From Rhodothermales bacterium (GTDB lineage: Bacteria; Bacteroidota; Rhodothermia; Rhodothermales; VXPQ01), in contig JBBDTI010000067.1 of assembly GCA_040904565.1 (NCBI GenBank), positions 22,567 through 86,566 on the forward strand: a stretch of 64,000 nt of DNA, given 5' to 3'. A program made the position numbers and the translations under genes. The notes under the pieces are model-generated. The model had not been told where the DNA came from and did no database searches. It saw only the letters and a program-made list of their open reading frames with translations. Shown here piece by piece: positions 38,035-47,597 of this stretch (the stretch's first letter is position 1; every line of letters begins with the position of its first letter).

Positions 38035-39825
38035 ATGCGAGACGGCGTGAAGCTGTTCACGTCCGTTTATTCGCCGAAGGAGATGAAACGAGGTAGGCGC
38101 TCGGGGCCGGACTCGGACGGTCGTGAGAAGGAGGCGGCCGGTCATTACCCCATCCTCCTGTACCGCACCCCCTACGGGGTGGGACCCTACGGAGAGGATG
38201 AATACAGGGAGCGGATGGGTCCGTCCGAGGCCCTCTGCCGGGAGGGGTACATCTTCGTGTATCAGGACGTCCGGGGACGGATGATGTCGGAAGGGTCTTT
38301 CGAAGCGGTGCGCCCCCACATCCCCCAGAAAACGGATCGAGCGGACGTGGATGAAAGCAGCGATACGTACGACACGGTGGAATGGCTGCTCGAGCACGTA
38401 GCGAATCACAACGGCCGCGTGGGCCTCTGGGGGATTTCCGCGCCGGGTTTCTACGCGACGCACGCGCTCATCGACGCGCACCCTGCCGTGAAGGCCGTCT
38501 CGCCGCAGGCGCCGGTGACGGACTGGTTCCTCGGGGACGATCGGCACCACAACGGCGCGTTCATGCTGCAGGCGACGTTCAGCTTTCTGTCGTGGTTCGG
38601 CGTTCCGCGGCCGGAGCCGGTGGAGGATCTGCCGGAGCGGTTCGACGACTACGGTACGCCGGACGGCTATGCCTGGTATCTGGCGCAGGGGTCGGCGGCC
38701 GAACTCGGCGCGCGCCATCTCGGGAGCGAGAACGCCACGTGGAACGCCATGATGGAGCACGGCACGTACGACGCCTTCTGGCAGGCGCGGACGCCGCTGC
38801 CGCACCTGCGCGACGTGCGTCCGGCCGTCCTGGTGACCGGCGGGTTCTTCGACACGCACGACCTCTACGGGCCGCTGAAGACGTAAGAGGCGCTTCGAAG
38901 GGCCGGGGCGGACTGCTACCTGGCGATGGGTCCGTGGTGGCACGGCGCGTGGGCGCGCTCCGACGGCGAGAGCTACGGGCCGTTTCATTTCGGCCAGAAG
39001 ACGGCCGAATTCTACCGGCAGAACATCGAGCGTCCCTTCTTCAATCACCATCTGAAGGGTGACGCTCCACTCGGCGTCGCGCGCGCCAGCATCTTCACGA
39101 CGGGCAGCAACCGGTGGCATTTCTTCGATGCCTGGCCGCCGGAGGACGTGGATGACGCGGCGCTGTATCTGCATCCCGGGGGACGAACGGATTTCGAGCC
39201 GCCGTCCGGCGCCGACGACTTCGCCGCCTACGTCAGCGACCCAAACGTGCCGGTGTCGCACACGCCCGATATCGTCGTCCACCGTGACGATCGCTACGTC
39301 GTGCAGGATCAGCGCTTTGCGTCGCGGCGGCCCGACGTCCTCGTTTTTGCGTCCGACCCGCTCGAGCGGCCGGTAACGCTCGCGGGCCGGCTTTTTGCTC
39401 ATCTATTCGTTTCCTCGACGGGAACCGACGCCGACTTCATCGTCAAATTGATCGACGTGTATCCCGGCGATGCCGAATGTGAGGTGGAGGACTGCGAGGT
39501 CCCGATAGGCGGATTTCAGATGCTCGTGCGAGGAGAGGTCATGCGAGCCCGGTTCCGCAACAGCTTCGAGCATCCCGAGCCGATGGAGCCGGGCCGCGTG
39601 ACCGGGCTGCGGTTCGATATGCAGGATGTCGCGCACACCTTCCGGAAAGGGCATCGCATGATGGTGCAGATTCAGAGCACGTGGTTTCCCCTCGTGGATC
39701 GCAATCCGCAGACGTTTACCGACATATACCACGCCGAGCCGGACGCATACCGCGAAGCGACACATCGTGTATTTATGGGGTCGGAAAAGGCATCGAAACT
39801 GGAGATGCAGTTGCTGCAGAGGTGA
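38035..39825 (+). pseudogene. CocE/NonD-family (S15 X-Pro dipeptidyl-peptidase-like) hydrolase interrupted by an in-frame TAA
   Basis: ORFs 38035-38886 and 38926-39825 are in the same frame. The only interruption is TAA at 38884-38886 (..DLYGPLKT*EALRRAGADCYLAMGPWWHGAW..). Homology-like sequence also extends upstream of the ATG to a TGA at 37939, with no start codon or signal peptide. Confidence 0.8.
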
Positions 39826-40002
39826 TACGCCGCGCCGCCTGAGCATCATCGGCACCCCGTCCAGCGAGGCTGGCCCCTGATAGTGCGGGCACGCGGCCTG
39901 ATTTGCGGCACGAACCCCCGACCGGTAATGATTTTCGTTGGGGAACCGGTTACTTTGGAGGCGTGATCAAGGTTGGCATCCCAAGCAGTAAGGCAACGTG
40001 TC

Positions 40003-40431
40003 ATGAAGATACCGGGACTGTCGGAGCGCGTCATTGCGGAACATGCCGAGAAGGGTTCGATCGACAGGGGTCGGGAGTATTTCCGGGACGGCGCCGTGAA
40101 GTCGCTGAAGCGGACGTCCGATTCGGAGGTCGAAGCCTTCGTACAGGGAACGGACATCGCCCCCTACCAGGTCGACATCCGGCACGATGCAGAAGGCATC
40201 AAAGAGGCCGTCTGTTCCTGTCCCTACGTGACGGGAAGCTGGTGCCGGCACATCGTCGCTACGCTGTACGCCGTTATAGAGAGCGAAGGGGCGCTTTCGA
40301 GGCCCCTGGAGGAGATTCTGGGCGATTTCGACCGAAGCGAATTAGTACGCCTGGTCGAGCACATCGTCGCGGAGCATCCCGAGGCGTCGTCTACGGTCGA
40401 AGCATTCTATCGCCAGAGACACGTCGAATGA
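40003..40431 (+). CDS. Small SWIM zinc-finger protein
   Basis: CSCPYVTGSWCRHIVATLY matches the SWIM CxCx(n)CxH signature. Its stop overlaps the start of the next gene (ATGA). Confidence 0.75.
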   Translation: MKIPGLSERVIAEHAEKGSIDRGREYFRDGAVKSLKRTSDSEVEAFVQGTDIAPYQVDIRHDAEGIKEAVCSCPYVTGSWCRHIVATLYAVIESEGALSRPLEEILGDFDRSELVRLVEHIVAEHPEASSTVEAFYRQRHVE

Positions 40432-41786
40432 TGCGGCGCGTATTCCTGCTTACGGTCGGCTTGCTGCTAACCCTCTCGTCCGCGCGAGCGCAGGACGCGC
40501 CGCCTGCCATCGATCCGCGCATCTATGACATCGTGGAATCCGTCTCGCCCGAACGGATCGAGGCGGACATCCGGACGCTGGCCGGATTCGGGACGCGGCA
40601 TACGATGTCGGACACGACGTCGGAAGCGCGTGGTATCGGTGCGGCGCGCCGGTGGCTTTTCGAGGCGTTCGAGCAGATTTCGGCGGACTGCGGGGGATGC
40701 GTGGACGTCGTCTATCAACGAACCATCGTGTCGGACGAACCGCGCATACCGGAGCCGACGGAGATCGTCAACGTGCTGGCCATACAGCGCGGCGCCATCC
40801 ACCCCAATCGCCACGTCATCATGTCGGGCGACATCGACAGCCGGGCGTCGGACGTGATGGATGCGACGAGCGATGCACCCGGTGCGAACGACAATGCCTC
40901 GGGTCTGGCCGGCACGCTCGAGGCAGCCCGCGTGCTGTCGCGGCACGCGTTCGGCAGTACGATCGTCTATGCCGGTCTCTCCGGCGAGGAGCAGGGGCTC
41001 TACGGCGGTGCGCATATGGCGTCCGTTGCCGTGGAGGACGGATGGGAGATCGCCGCCGTCCTCAACAACGACATGATCGGCAACATCGAGGGCGGCGACG
41101 GCGTGATCGATAACACCGTCTTTCGGGTCTTCTCACAGCCGTTCCCGTCGCTGGCCACGGAAGACGAGCTGCGGCGGATGCGCTACTTCGGCGGCGAGGT
41201 GGACGGTCCGTCGCGGCAGCTGGCGCGCTACGTCGATCGCGCGACGGACCGGTATCTGGCGAATCTGGATGCCATGATGATCTACCGCCTCGACCGGTTC
41301 GGTCGCGGCGGACATCATCGTCCGTTCAACGACGCGGGATTCCCGGCCGTTCGCATCATGGAGGCGCACGAGGACTACACGGAGCAGCATCAGGACGTAC
41401 GCGTGGAGGAGGGGATCGAATACGGTGACGTGATCGAGGAGGTCGACTTCGACTTTGCAGCGCGCCTGACGGCCGTCAACGCCGCCGTCCTGGCCTCGAT
41501 GGCCTGGGCGCCACCCGCTCCCTTGGACGTACGCATCGGCGGCGCCGTACAGCCGTCCACTACGCTGGCGTGGGACGCCGTGAACGATCCGGGTCTGGCG
41601 GGCTACAGGGTCTACTGGCGGTCGACGACGGCGCCGCAGTGGGAGCACAGCCGATTCGTGCCGGCGGGCACCACCCGGCATACGCTCGAAGGCATCGTGA
41701 TCGACAACTATCTCTTCGGCGTGGCGTCCGTCGGGCGAGACGGGAACGAGAGTCCCGTCTCGTTTCCGGGTGGATTGCTGCGGTAA
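40428..41786 (+). CDS. Secreted M28-family aminopeptidase with a C-terminal fibronectin type III-like domain
   Basis: Signal peptide MMRRVFLLTVGLLLTLSSARAQ. M28 motifs HVIMSGDIDS, PGANDNASG, SGEEQGLYG, GGHHRPFND. C-terminal ..LAWDAVNDPGLAGYRVYWRSTTAPQW.. ATG 40428 preferred over track start 39903. Confidence 0.88.
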   Translation: MMRRVFLLTVGLLLTLSSARAQDAPPAIDPRIYDIVESVSPERIEADIRTLAGFGTRHTMSDTTSEARGIGAARRWLFEAFEQISADCGGCVDVVYQRTIVSDEPRIPEPTEIVNVLAIQRGAIHPNRHVIMSGDIDSRASDVMDATSDAPGANDNASGLAGTLEAARVLSRHAFGSTIVYAGLSGEEQGLYGGAHMASVAVEDGWEIAAVLNNDMIGNIEGGDGVIDNTVFRVFSQPFPSLATEDELRRMRYFGGEVDGPSRQLARYVDRATDRYLANLDAMMIYRLDRFGRGGHHRPFNDAGFPAVRIMEAHEDYTEQHQDVRVEEGIEYGDVIEEVDFDFAARLTAVNAAVLASMAWAPPAPLDVRIGGAVQPSTTLAWDAVNDPGLAGYRVYWRSTTAPQWEHSRFVPAGTTRHTLEGIVIDNYLFGVASVGRDGNESPVSFPGGLLR

Positions 41787-41900
41787 GGCGGCCTGCAGAA
41801 TGCCCTGGGCAATCAGGTTGAGGTCAAACGGTCCGCCGAAGAACCTGTTGAAGTGAACGCGTCGCCCGTTCGTGTGAGTCGCCGGGAAAGGCGAATCGTT

Positions 41901-42611
41901 CTATCGCGTATCACGAATGAATTGCAGCAGCGGCCATGCCCTGCGGGCAAAGGAGAGGACGTCGTTGGTGAGGCTGGTGGACTGCACGGCGGAACGAGGG
42001 AGTTCCTCCGTGACCAGGAGAGACGTCCATTTGAGCAGGTCGGCGAGTTCGTGATCCTTATGTTCTGCGAAACCGCGCGGCATGTTCGTGAGGTCGTCCC
42101 CGTGGCTCGTCGGCGTCAATCCCTCCTTCACAAGACGCGCTTCGATGTCCTTCCACAGGGACGGACTCTCGACCAGCTTATTTCGGAGCGGCCGAAGGCG
42201 CTTCACCGGCGGGTTATAGATACCGGCCGCGATGAACATATTTTCGGGCGGTTCGATGTGAAGGTAGACGAGGCCGTCTTCATCCTGCAGATCCGCATTC
42301 ACGGTCCACTTGCACGCCACGTGCGTCTGATAGGGCCGTTTGTCGTTGGTGAAGCGGACGTCCCGGTAGATCCGAAATACGGATTTCCGCGGATCCCCGT
42401 GCAGCGTCACGCGCGCGTCGGATTCTATGCTGCGCACCACGTCGACTACGAGGCAGCGCAGCGGCCAGCGGAGCTCGTCCGTGTAGAGCAGCTTGCGCTC
42501 GTTGAACCAGTCTCGATCCTGATGTTCTTCCTTCCGTAGCTCGGTCAGAAAATCGAGACCTTCGTCGCGAATCCCGGGAAAGGGGGGGAGATCGTTGAGC
42601 GCTGTGGCCAT
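41901..42611 (-). CDS. DUF2461 (TIGR02453) family protein
   Basis: FLTELRKEEHQDRDWFNERKLLY... and FRIYRDVRFTNDKRPYQTHVA are hallmark segments of this family. ATG 42611 preferred. Confidence 0.85.
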   Translation of the reverse strand: MATALNDLPPFPGIRDEGLDFLTELRKEEHQDRDWFNERKLLYTDELRWPLRCLVVDVVRSIESDARVTLHGDPRKSVFRIYRDVRFTNDKRPYQTHVACKWTVNADLQDEDGLVYLHIEPPENMFIAAGIYNPPVKRLRPLRNKLVESPSLWKDIEARLVKEGLTPTSHGDDLTNMPRGFAEHKDHELADLLKWTSLLVTEELPRSAVQSTSLTNDVLSFARRAWPLLQFIRDTR

Positions 42612-42734
42612 GGTCGTAGGAGATTGCGGCGGAGACGCGCGGGGGCGGACAGCAGGTCGTGCTGCGGCACCGACAATATATCGGAATGAGCTGACGATCA
42701 CAGCACGATGAAGCGGTGCGGAGAGGCCGGCCGG

Positions 42735-43505
42735 CTAGGTGCCGTCATGGGATGATGACGCGTTTTCCCCGCTCCATTCGTCCAGCTGTTCCGCGATCCG
42801 CTTACGGACGGTATCGGTCAACGAAGCCGCGTCACTCCCGGTGAGTCCATCCGTCGGTACGGGTGGAAGCACCGTCAGCCTCACCTGAGTCGATCCGCCG
42901 AACATCCAGCTGTGCTTGGGGAGGGCGTCACGGGTGCCGTCGATGACGAGCGGCAACACCGGCACCTGCTCCTTGATGGCGAGACGGAAGGGCCCCTCAC
43001 TGAACGAACGAAGTCCGCCGTGCCGGGAACGCGTGCCTTCGGGGAAGAACATGACGGAGCATCGTGCGCGTAGATACTGGCGCGCCGTCATGAGCGCACG
43101 CGCACCGCTGCGCGAATCGCCGCGGTCCAGCACGATGTCGCCGGCGAGCCGCATCAGCCATCCGACGATCGGAACGTGGAAGAGCTCGGCCTTGGCGACC
43201 CATTTCATCTCCCACGGTAGGCAGCTGATGACGGGAATGTCGGCCAGAGACTGGTGATTGCTGACGACGACGAACGGCCGGCGGGGCTCGCTCACGTCGT
43301 ATCCAGAAATCGTGATGTGCCACGTCGGATTGACCTTCGTGAGCATGCAGCCGAGGCGCCGAAACCACCACCCGGTTCGATAATGCGCCGGATCGCGATC
43401 GAAGAGTCGGACGACGGCCAACAGGGGAAGCCACGCCACGATGAGTATGCTGACGGCGAACCAGGTCCAGGCTGATTGAATCATGCGACTTCTTGACACT
43501 TTCAT
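42735..43505 (-). CDS. plsC: 1-acyl-sn-glycerol-3-phosphate acyltransferase
   Basis: N-terminal TM segment. HX4D motif VVSNHQSLADIPV, FFPEGTRS, and the PVLPLVIDG block. Confidence 0.88.
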   Translation of the reverse strand: MKVSRSRMIQSAWTWFAVSILIVAWLPLLAVVRLFDRDPAHYRTGWWFRRLGCMLTKVNPTWHITISGYDVSEPRRPFVVVSNHQSLADIPVISCLPWEMKWVAKAELFHVPIVGWLMRLAGDIVLDRGDSRSGARALMTARQYLRARCSVMFFPEGTRSRHGGLRSFSEGPFRLAIKEQVPVLPLVIDGTRDALPKHSWMFGGSTQVRLTVLPPVPTDGLTGSDAASLTDTVRKRIAEQLDEWSGENASSSHDGT

Positions 43506-43675
43506 ACGTACGACCGTACGCTACGGCAAATATGGCTAAGTCGTGTAACGTTCATCTATGGTTTTTATGAAGATGCGCGCCTCGGGGCCGGGACGTTCAC
43601 ATACCGTCATGTCGGAAACGGACGCTTTCTACGCGACCACCTCGCACGCATTTTTCGATGCACATCAGTCCGGTA

Positions 43676-43716
43676 GAAAAGCCGGCCCAGTGAGCATGAA
43701 GCCGGGCCGACTTTTC
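43676..43716. other. 12-bp interrupted hairpin in the 411-nt leader upstream of the APC fusion transporter
   Basis: GAAAAG-C-CGGCCC (43676-43688) pairs with GGGCCG-A-CTTTTC (43704-43716) around a 15-nt loop. Read directly. Confidence 0.4.
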
Positions 43717-43916
43717 TCTCGCGTACTTGACCGGCTCAAGCCCGTTGCCCATGATACGGCTTCTGCACACGGTGCCGATGGAGCGATATCGGGGAATACG
43801 TTCGTATATTAATCGGGTATGGGACGGGGTTGCGCGGGGCTTCAAACGATGGATAAAGACGGCCGCCCGTTTCGCATCGCAGATATGTGTCGCCATGAAA
43901 GGAGAATTGCTACCTT

Positions 43917-46031
43917 ATGCCTTTGCTGAATAAATCCAAGAGACTCAAGAAGGAGCTGGGTCTCTTCGACGTCTATGCGATCAGTACGGGAGCTATGTTC
44001 AGCTCGGGCTTTTTTCTGCTCCCCGGCCTGGCGGCGGCGCAGTCCGGTCCCTCCGTCATTCTTGCGTATCTCATTGCAGGCGTTCTGATTATTCCGGCCA
44101 TGGCAAGCATGGCCGAACTCAGCACGGCCATGCCGCGTGCCGGCGGGGCCTATTATTTTCTGGATCGGAGTCTGGGCCCACTGATCGGAACGGTGGGAGG
44201 GATCGGCACCTTTCTGGCACTGGCTCTGAAGAGTGCCTTTGCGCTTGTGGGAATGGGCGCGTATCTGGCGATCTTTATTCAGATCCCCATAAAACCGCTC
44301 GCCGTTACCCTCACGATCGTCTTCCTCGTAATCAACGTCGTCGGCGCGAAGGAGACGTCAACGCTTCAGCGCGTCCTGGTGATCGTCCTGATCAGCGTCC
44401 TGGCCTTCTTCGTCGTACAGGGACTTTTTGAGATCTTTTCCATCGGTGTAGGTGAACTCGCTGATTCGCAGTTATCACCTTTCATGCCGTTCGGCGTAAA
44501 GGGGTTGTTCGCGACGGTCGGCATGGTGTTCGTTTCCTACGCCGGCCTGACGAAGGTGGCCAGCGTATCCGAAGAAGTTCGAAATCCCGATCGGAATCTT
44601 CCGCTGGGAATGGGTCTGTCGCTTCTGACGGCTACGTTCATCTACGTCGTCGGCGTCTATATCATGGTGTCCGTTCTCAACGCGGACGAGCTGCGCGCCG
44701 ATCTGACACCGGTTGCTACGGCCGGCGAACAGTTTTTTGATTGGCTGCCGGCACCTGGCGGACTCATACTGATCGTCGTCGCGGCGATTGCTGCGTTTGC
44801 ATCGACGGGCAATGCTGGACTCATGTCGGCATCCCGGTATCCGCTCGCCATGTCCCGCGATCGTCTGTTGCCCGATCGCTTCAAGGTCCTGGGACGATTC
44901 GGTACCCCGACGGCCGCCATCATCCTGACGGCCGCGCTCATGATCGTGTGCATCCTGGCGTTGGACGTCGCGGGCATCGCGAAGCTGGCGAGCGCCTTTC
45001 AGCTCGTCATCTTCATGCTCGTCAATGTGGCCGTGATCGTGATGCGGGAAAGCCGCATCGCTTCATACGTGCCCGGCTACACGTCGCCGTTCTATCCGTG
45101 GATGCAGCTGGCTGGTGTCATCACACCTTTTTTCCTGATCGCGCTGATGGGATGGATGGCCATCCTCTTCACCGTCGGTGTTACGGCCGTTTCCGTAGTG
45201 TGGTATATTAAGTATGCTCGAAACCGTGTGTCGCGCGACGGGGCCATCTACCACTGGTTCGAGCGTCTGGGGACGCATCGCGATGAAGGGCTGGACACGG
45301 AATTGCGGGGCATCCTCAAGGAGAAGGGGCCGCGTGCGGAGGATCCCTTCGAAGAGCTCGTAGCCCGTGCCGGGGTTCTCGATCTCGACGACGTGAAAGA
45401 GTTCGGGGACATCGTCACGCGAGTGGCGCCCCTTTTCGAGCGGTGTCTGCCGATGGATGCCGAGGCCGTCCGGCTGGAATTCGCGGAGCGTACGGGCACG
45501 GGAGTTACGCCGGTCGCACCCGGGATTGCGCTGCCCCACATCCTGCTCGAAGGGATCGATCGCCCCGAGCTGGTCCTCGTTCGCGTCCAGGCAGGCGTCC
45601 CGATCGACTCGCATCCCGGCGCGGACGAGGATGCTGAAAACGTGGCCCGGGCTTTCTTCTTTCTCGTAAGCCCCAAGGAAGACCCGGGCCTGCATCTGCG
45701 CATGCTGGCCCAGATCGCCGGGCGTGCCGACGAAGATGATTTTCTGGACGAATGGCTCGACGCCGCCGATGCGAGCGAGCTCAAACAGGTCGTCGTTCAC
45801 GACAAACACTTCATGAGAATCCACATAGAACCTGGCGGTCCGTCCGAATCCATGATCGGTCGTTCACTTCGGGAAGCAGACATCCCGGACAAATGCCTGG
45901 TTGCCGTCGTAAATCGTAATGGGAGTTCGATGATTCCGAGCGGCAGCACGGTCCTGCAGCAGGGTGACGTCCTTACTGTGATCGGTGAAGAGGACGCTAT
46001 CGAGGATGCGCGGCGGATGTACGATGCGTAG
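43917..46031 (+). CDS. APC-superfamily amino-acid/cation permease fused to PTS-EIIA(Ntr)-like and TrkA_C (RCK_C) domains
   Basis: About 12 TM helices with an APC N-terminus (LGLFDVYAISTGAMFSSGFFLLPG). Then GIALPHILLEGIDRPELVLVRV (EIIA type-2 His motif) and a C-terminal GRSLREADIPDKCLVAVVNRNGSSMIPSGSTVLQQGDVLTVIG (TrkA_C). Confidence 0.85.
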   Translation: MPLLNKSKRLKKELGLFDVYAISTGAMFSSGFFLLPGLAAAQSGPSVILAYLIAGVLIIPAMASMAELSTAMPRAGGAYYFLDRSLGPLIGTVGGIGTFLALALKSAFALVGMGAYLAIFIQIPIKPLAVTLTIVFLVINVVGAKETSTLQRVLVIVLISVLAFFVVQGLFEIFSIGVGELADSQLSPFMPFGVKGLFATVGMVFVSYAGLTKVASVSEEVRNPDRNLPLGMGLSLLTATFIYVVGVYIMVSVLNADELRADLTPVATAGEQFFDWLPAPGGLILIVVAAIAAFASTGNAGLMSASRYPLAMSRDRLLPDRFKVLGRFGTPTAAIILTAALMIVCILALDVAGIAKLASAFQLVIFMLVNVAVIVMRESRIASYVPGYTSPFYPWMQLAGVITPFFLIALMGWMAILFTVGVTAVSVVWYIKYARNRVSRDGAIYHWFERLGTHRDEGLDTELRGILKEKGPRAEDPFEELVARAGVLDLDDVKEFGDIVTRVAPLFERCLPMDAEAVRLEFAERTGTGVTPVAPGIALPHILLEGIDRPELVLVRVQAGVPIDSHPGADEDAENVARAFFFLVSPKEDPGLHLRMLAQIAGRADEDDFLDEWLDAADASELKQVVVHDKHFMRIHIEPGGPSESMIGRSLREADIPDKCLVAVVNRNGSSMIPSGSTVLQQGDVLTVIGEEDAIEDARRMYDA

Positions 46032-46270
46032 GCCTGCATCTCGTGGATGCCCGCGCGGCGCGATACCGACCGATCCGGGCCGTACGTCGTTGAGGCGATC
46101 CGGATGCAATTCACAGGCGCGTCGTGCAGCTCGTCCACTCACCCCTGGGCATTGATCTCGGGGAATGGTAGACTACCTTTCCCCCGGGCATGCCGCAGGG
46201 CGAAGTATCGAGACGTGTACGCATCCAATTATATAGAAGCAGCACCATGGAGATAGCTGGGAGCCGTGCC

Positions 46271-47070
46271 ATGAATCGTGTCATCATTATCTTGCTTGCC
46301 GTACTGTGCGTACCGCTTCTGAGCGACGTCTACGCGCAGGATTTCGCGCTCGAGCAACTCGAATCCTCGCCGAGGCATCACGAATGGGTGAGCGTGGACG
46401 CCGGCGATCGATCCGTCCACAGCTTCGTGGCCTATCCGGAAACCGATAGCCCCACGGCCGCCATCGTCGTGATCCACGAAAACAGGGGGTTGACGGACTG
46501 GGTTCGGAGCTTCGCCGATCAGCTCGCCGCACGTGGGTACATCGCCGTCGCACCGGATTTGCTTTCCGGCTTCGATGCCGACCTCGAGCGGACGGCCGAA
46601 TTTCCCTCTTCCGACGCCGCGCGCGATGCCATCTACCAGCTCGACCCCGATCAGGTGACGGCCGATCTTCAGGCCGTGCGCGCCTACGCCGAGAATCTTC
46701 CTTCGTCGAACGGGACGACGACGGTCATGGGTTTCTGCTGGGGGGGTCGCAGACCTTCCGCTTCGCCACCCATTCTTCGGACATCGCCGCCGCCATGGTG
46801 TTCTACGGGTCTCCGCCCGAATCGGGATTTGAGAGCATCACGGCCCCCGTCTTCGGGTTCTACGGGGAGGACGACGAGCGTATCAACTCGACGATCCCCG
46901 AGACGGAAGAGATCATGTCCGAGTTGGACAAGATATATGAGTACGAGATCTATGATGGCGCGGGTCACGCGTACATGCGCAGCGGCGACGACCCGGAAGG
47001 CTCGGCCGCCAATAAAGCGGCACGGGATGCGTCGTGGGAGCGGTTGGAACGGCTGCTCGCCGACCTCTGA
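46271..47070 (+). pseudogene. Dienelactone hydrolase family protein disrupted by a frameshift in a G7 homopolymer
   Basis: Frame A (from 46271): signal peptide, ..AIVVIHENRGLTDWVRSFADQLAARGYIAVAPDL..TTVMGFCWGG. The DLH sequence then continues in another frame (SQTFRFATHSSDIAAAMVFYG...FYGEDDERI...YDGAGHAYM; track ORF 46795-47070). The switch occurs at GGGGGGG 46740-46746. Confidence 0.8.
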
Positions 47071-47597
47071 CCCATCGAATCCTCTCCGGCGTCGTTCGTT
47101 GACCGGGAGTCCCGTCGGCTGACATGGCTGCAGACTGGCATGGCTGCAGGGTACCATGGGCAGTCCCTCGCAACGTTCATGCACCCCAGTGACCACATCC
47201 GTGCACGATTGCCCGTGCGTGATCCGGGATCGACGGCCATCCCGTGTCGCGCCGGCACGCCGCACCTCTATCGAGGAATATACCTCGGCGATACGTTCGG
47301 TGTATTTCCGGAAAACGTGTTCCTGATCAAACTCAACTATACGTTTCTCTATTGATCTTCTGCACTTCCAGAGCTCGATGTGGTCCGGCGATCGCGGCCA
47401 ACATCGGTCGACACGGCCGCACTGCGGACATCCGTCGTGTTTAAGAAACTGAAGGTGCCGCAGGCAGGTATGTATCGATGTGCCACATCCGGCTGACGCC
47501 TGTGTGGGCCGTCCGCCGATCGGACGCGTCGAGATCGGTCTTTCTCGAAAATGATCTGCCGGAAACGTCAACGACGCTCGTTCTTAGGGAGTAAACC

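Noticed and set aside
38884-38886. In-frame TAA in the CocE/NonD gene as programmed read-through or recoding
   Set aside because: I see no recoding signal (no SECIS or PYLIS, which in any case apply to TGA and TAG, and no slippery site). A simple nonsense mutation or a base-call error explains it more economically.
37960-39402. 480-aa minus-strand ORF
   Set aside because: It is antisense to the CocE/NonD hydrolase reading frame, which shows clear family similarity on the plus strand. The ORF is Arg/Pro-rich with no motifs.
46684-47571. 295-aa minus-strand ORF containing a CPQC pair (possible zinc ribbon)
   Set aside because: Two thirds of it runs antisense through the dienelactone hydrolase gene. 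There is no family resemblance. The remaining part lies in the AT-richer leader of the four-gene operon.
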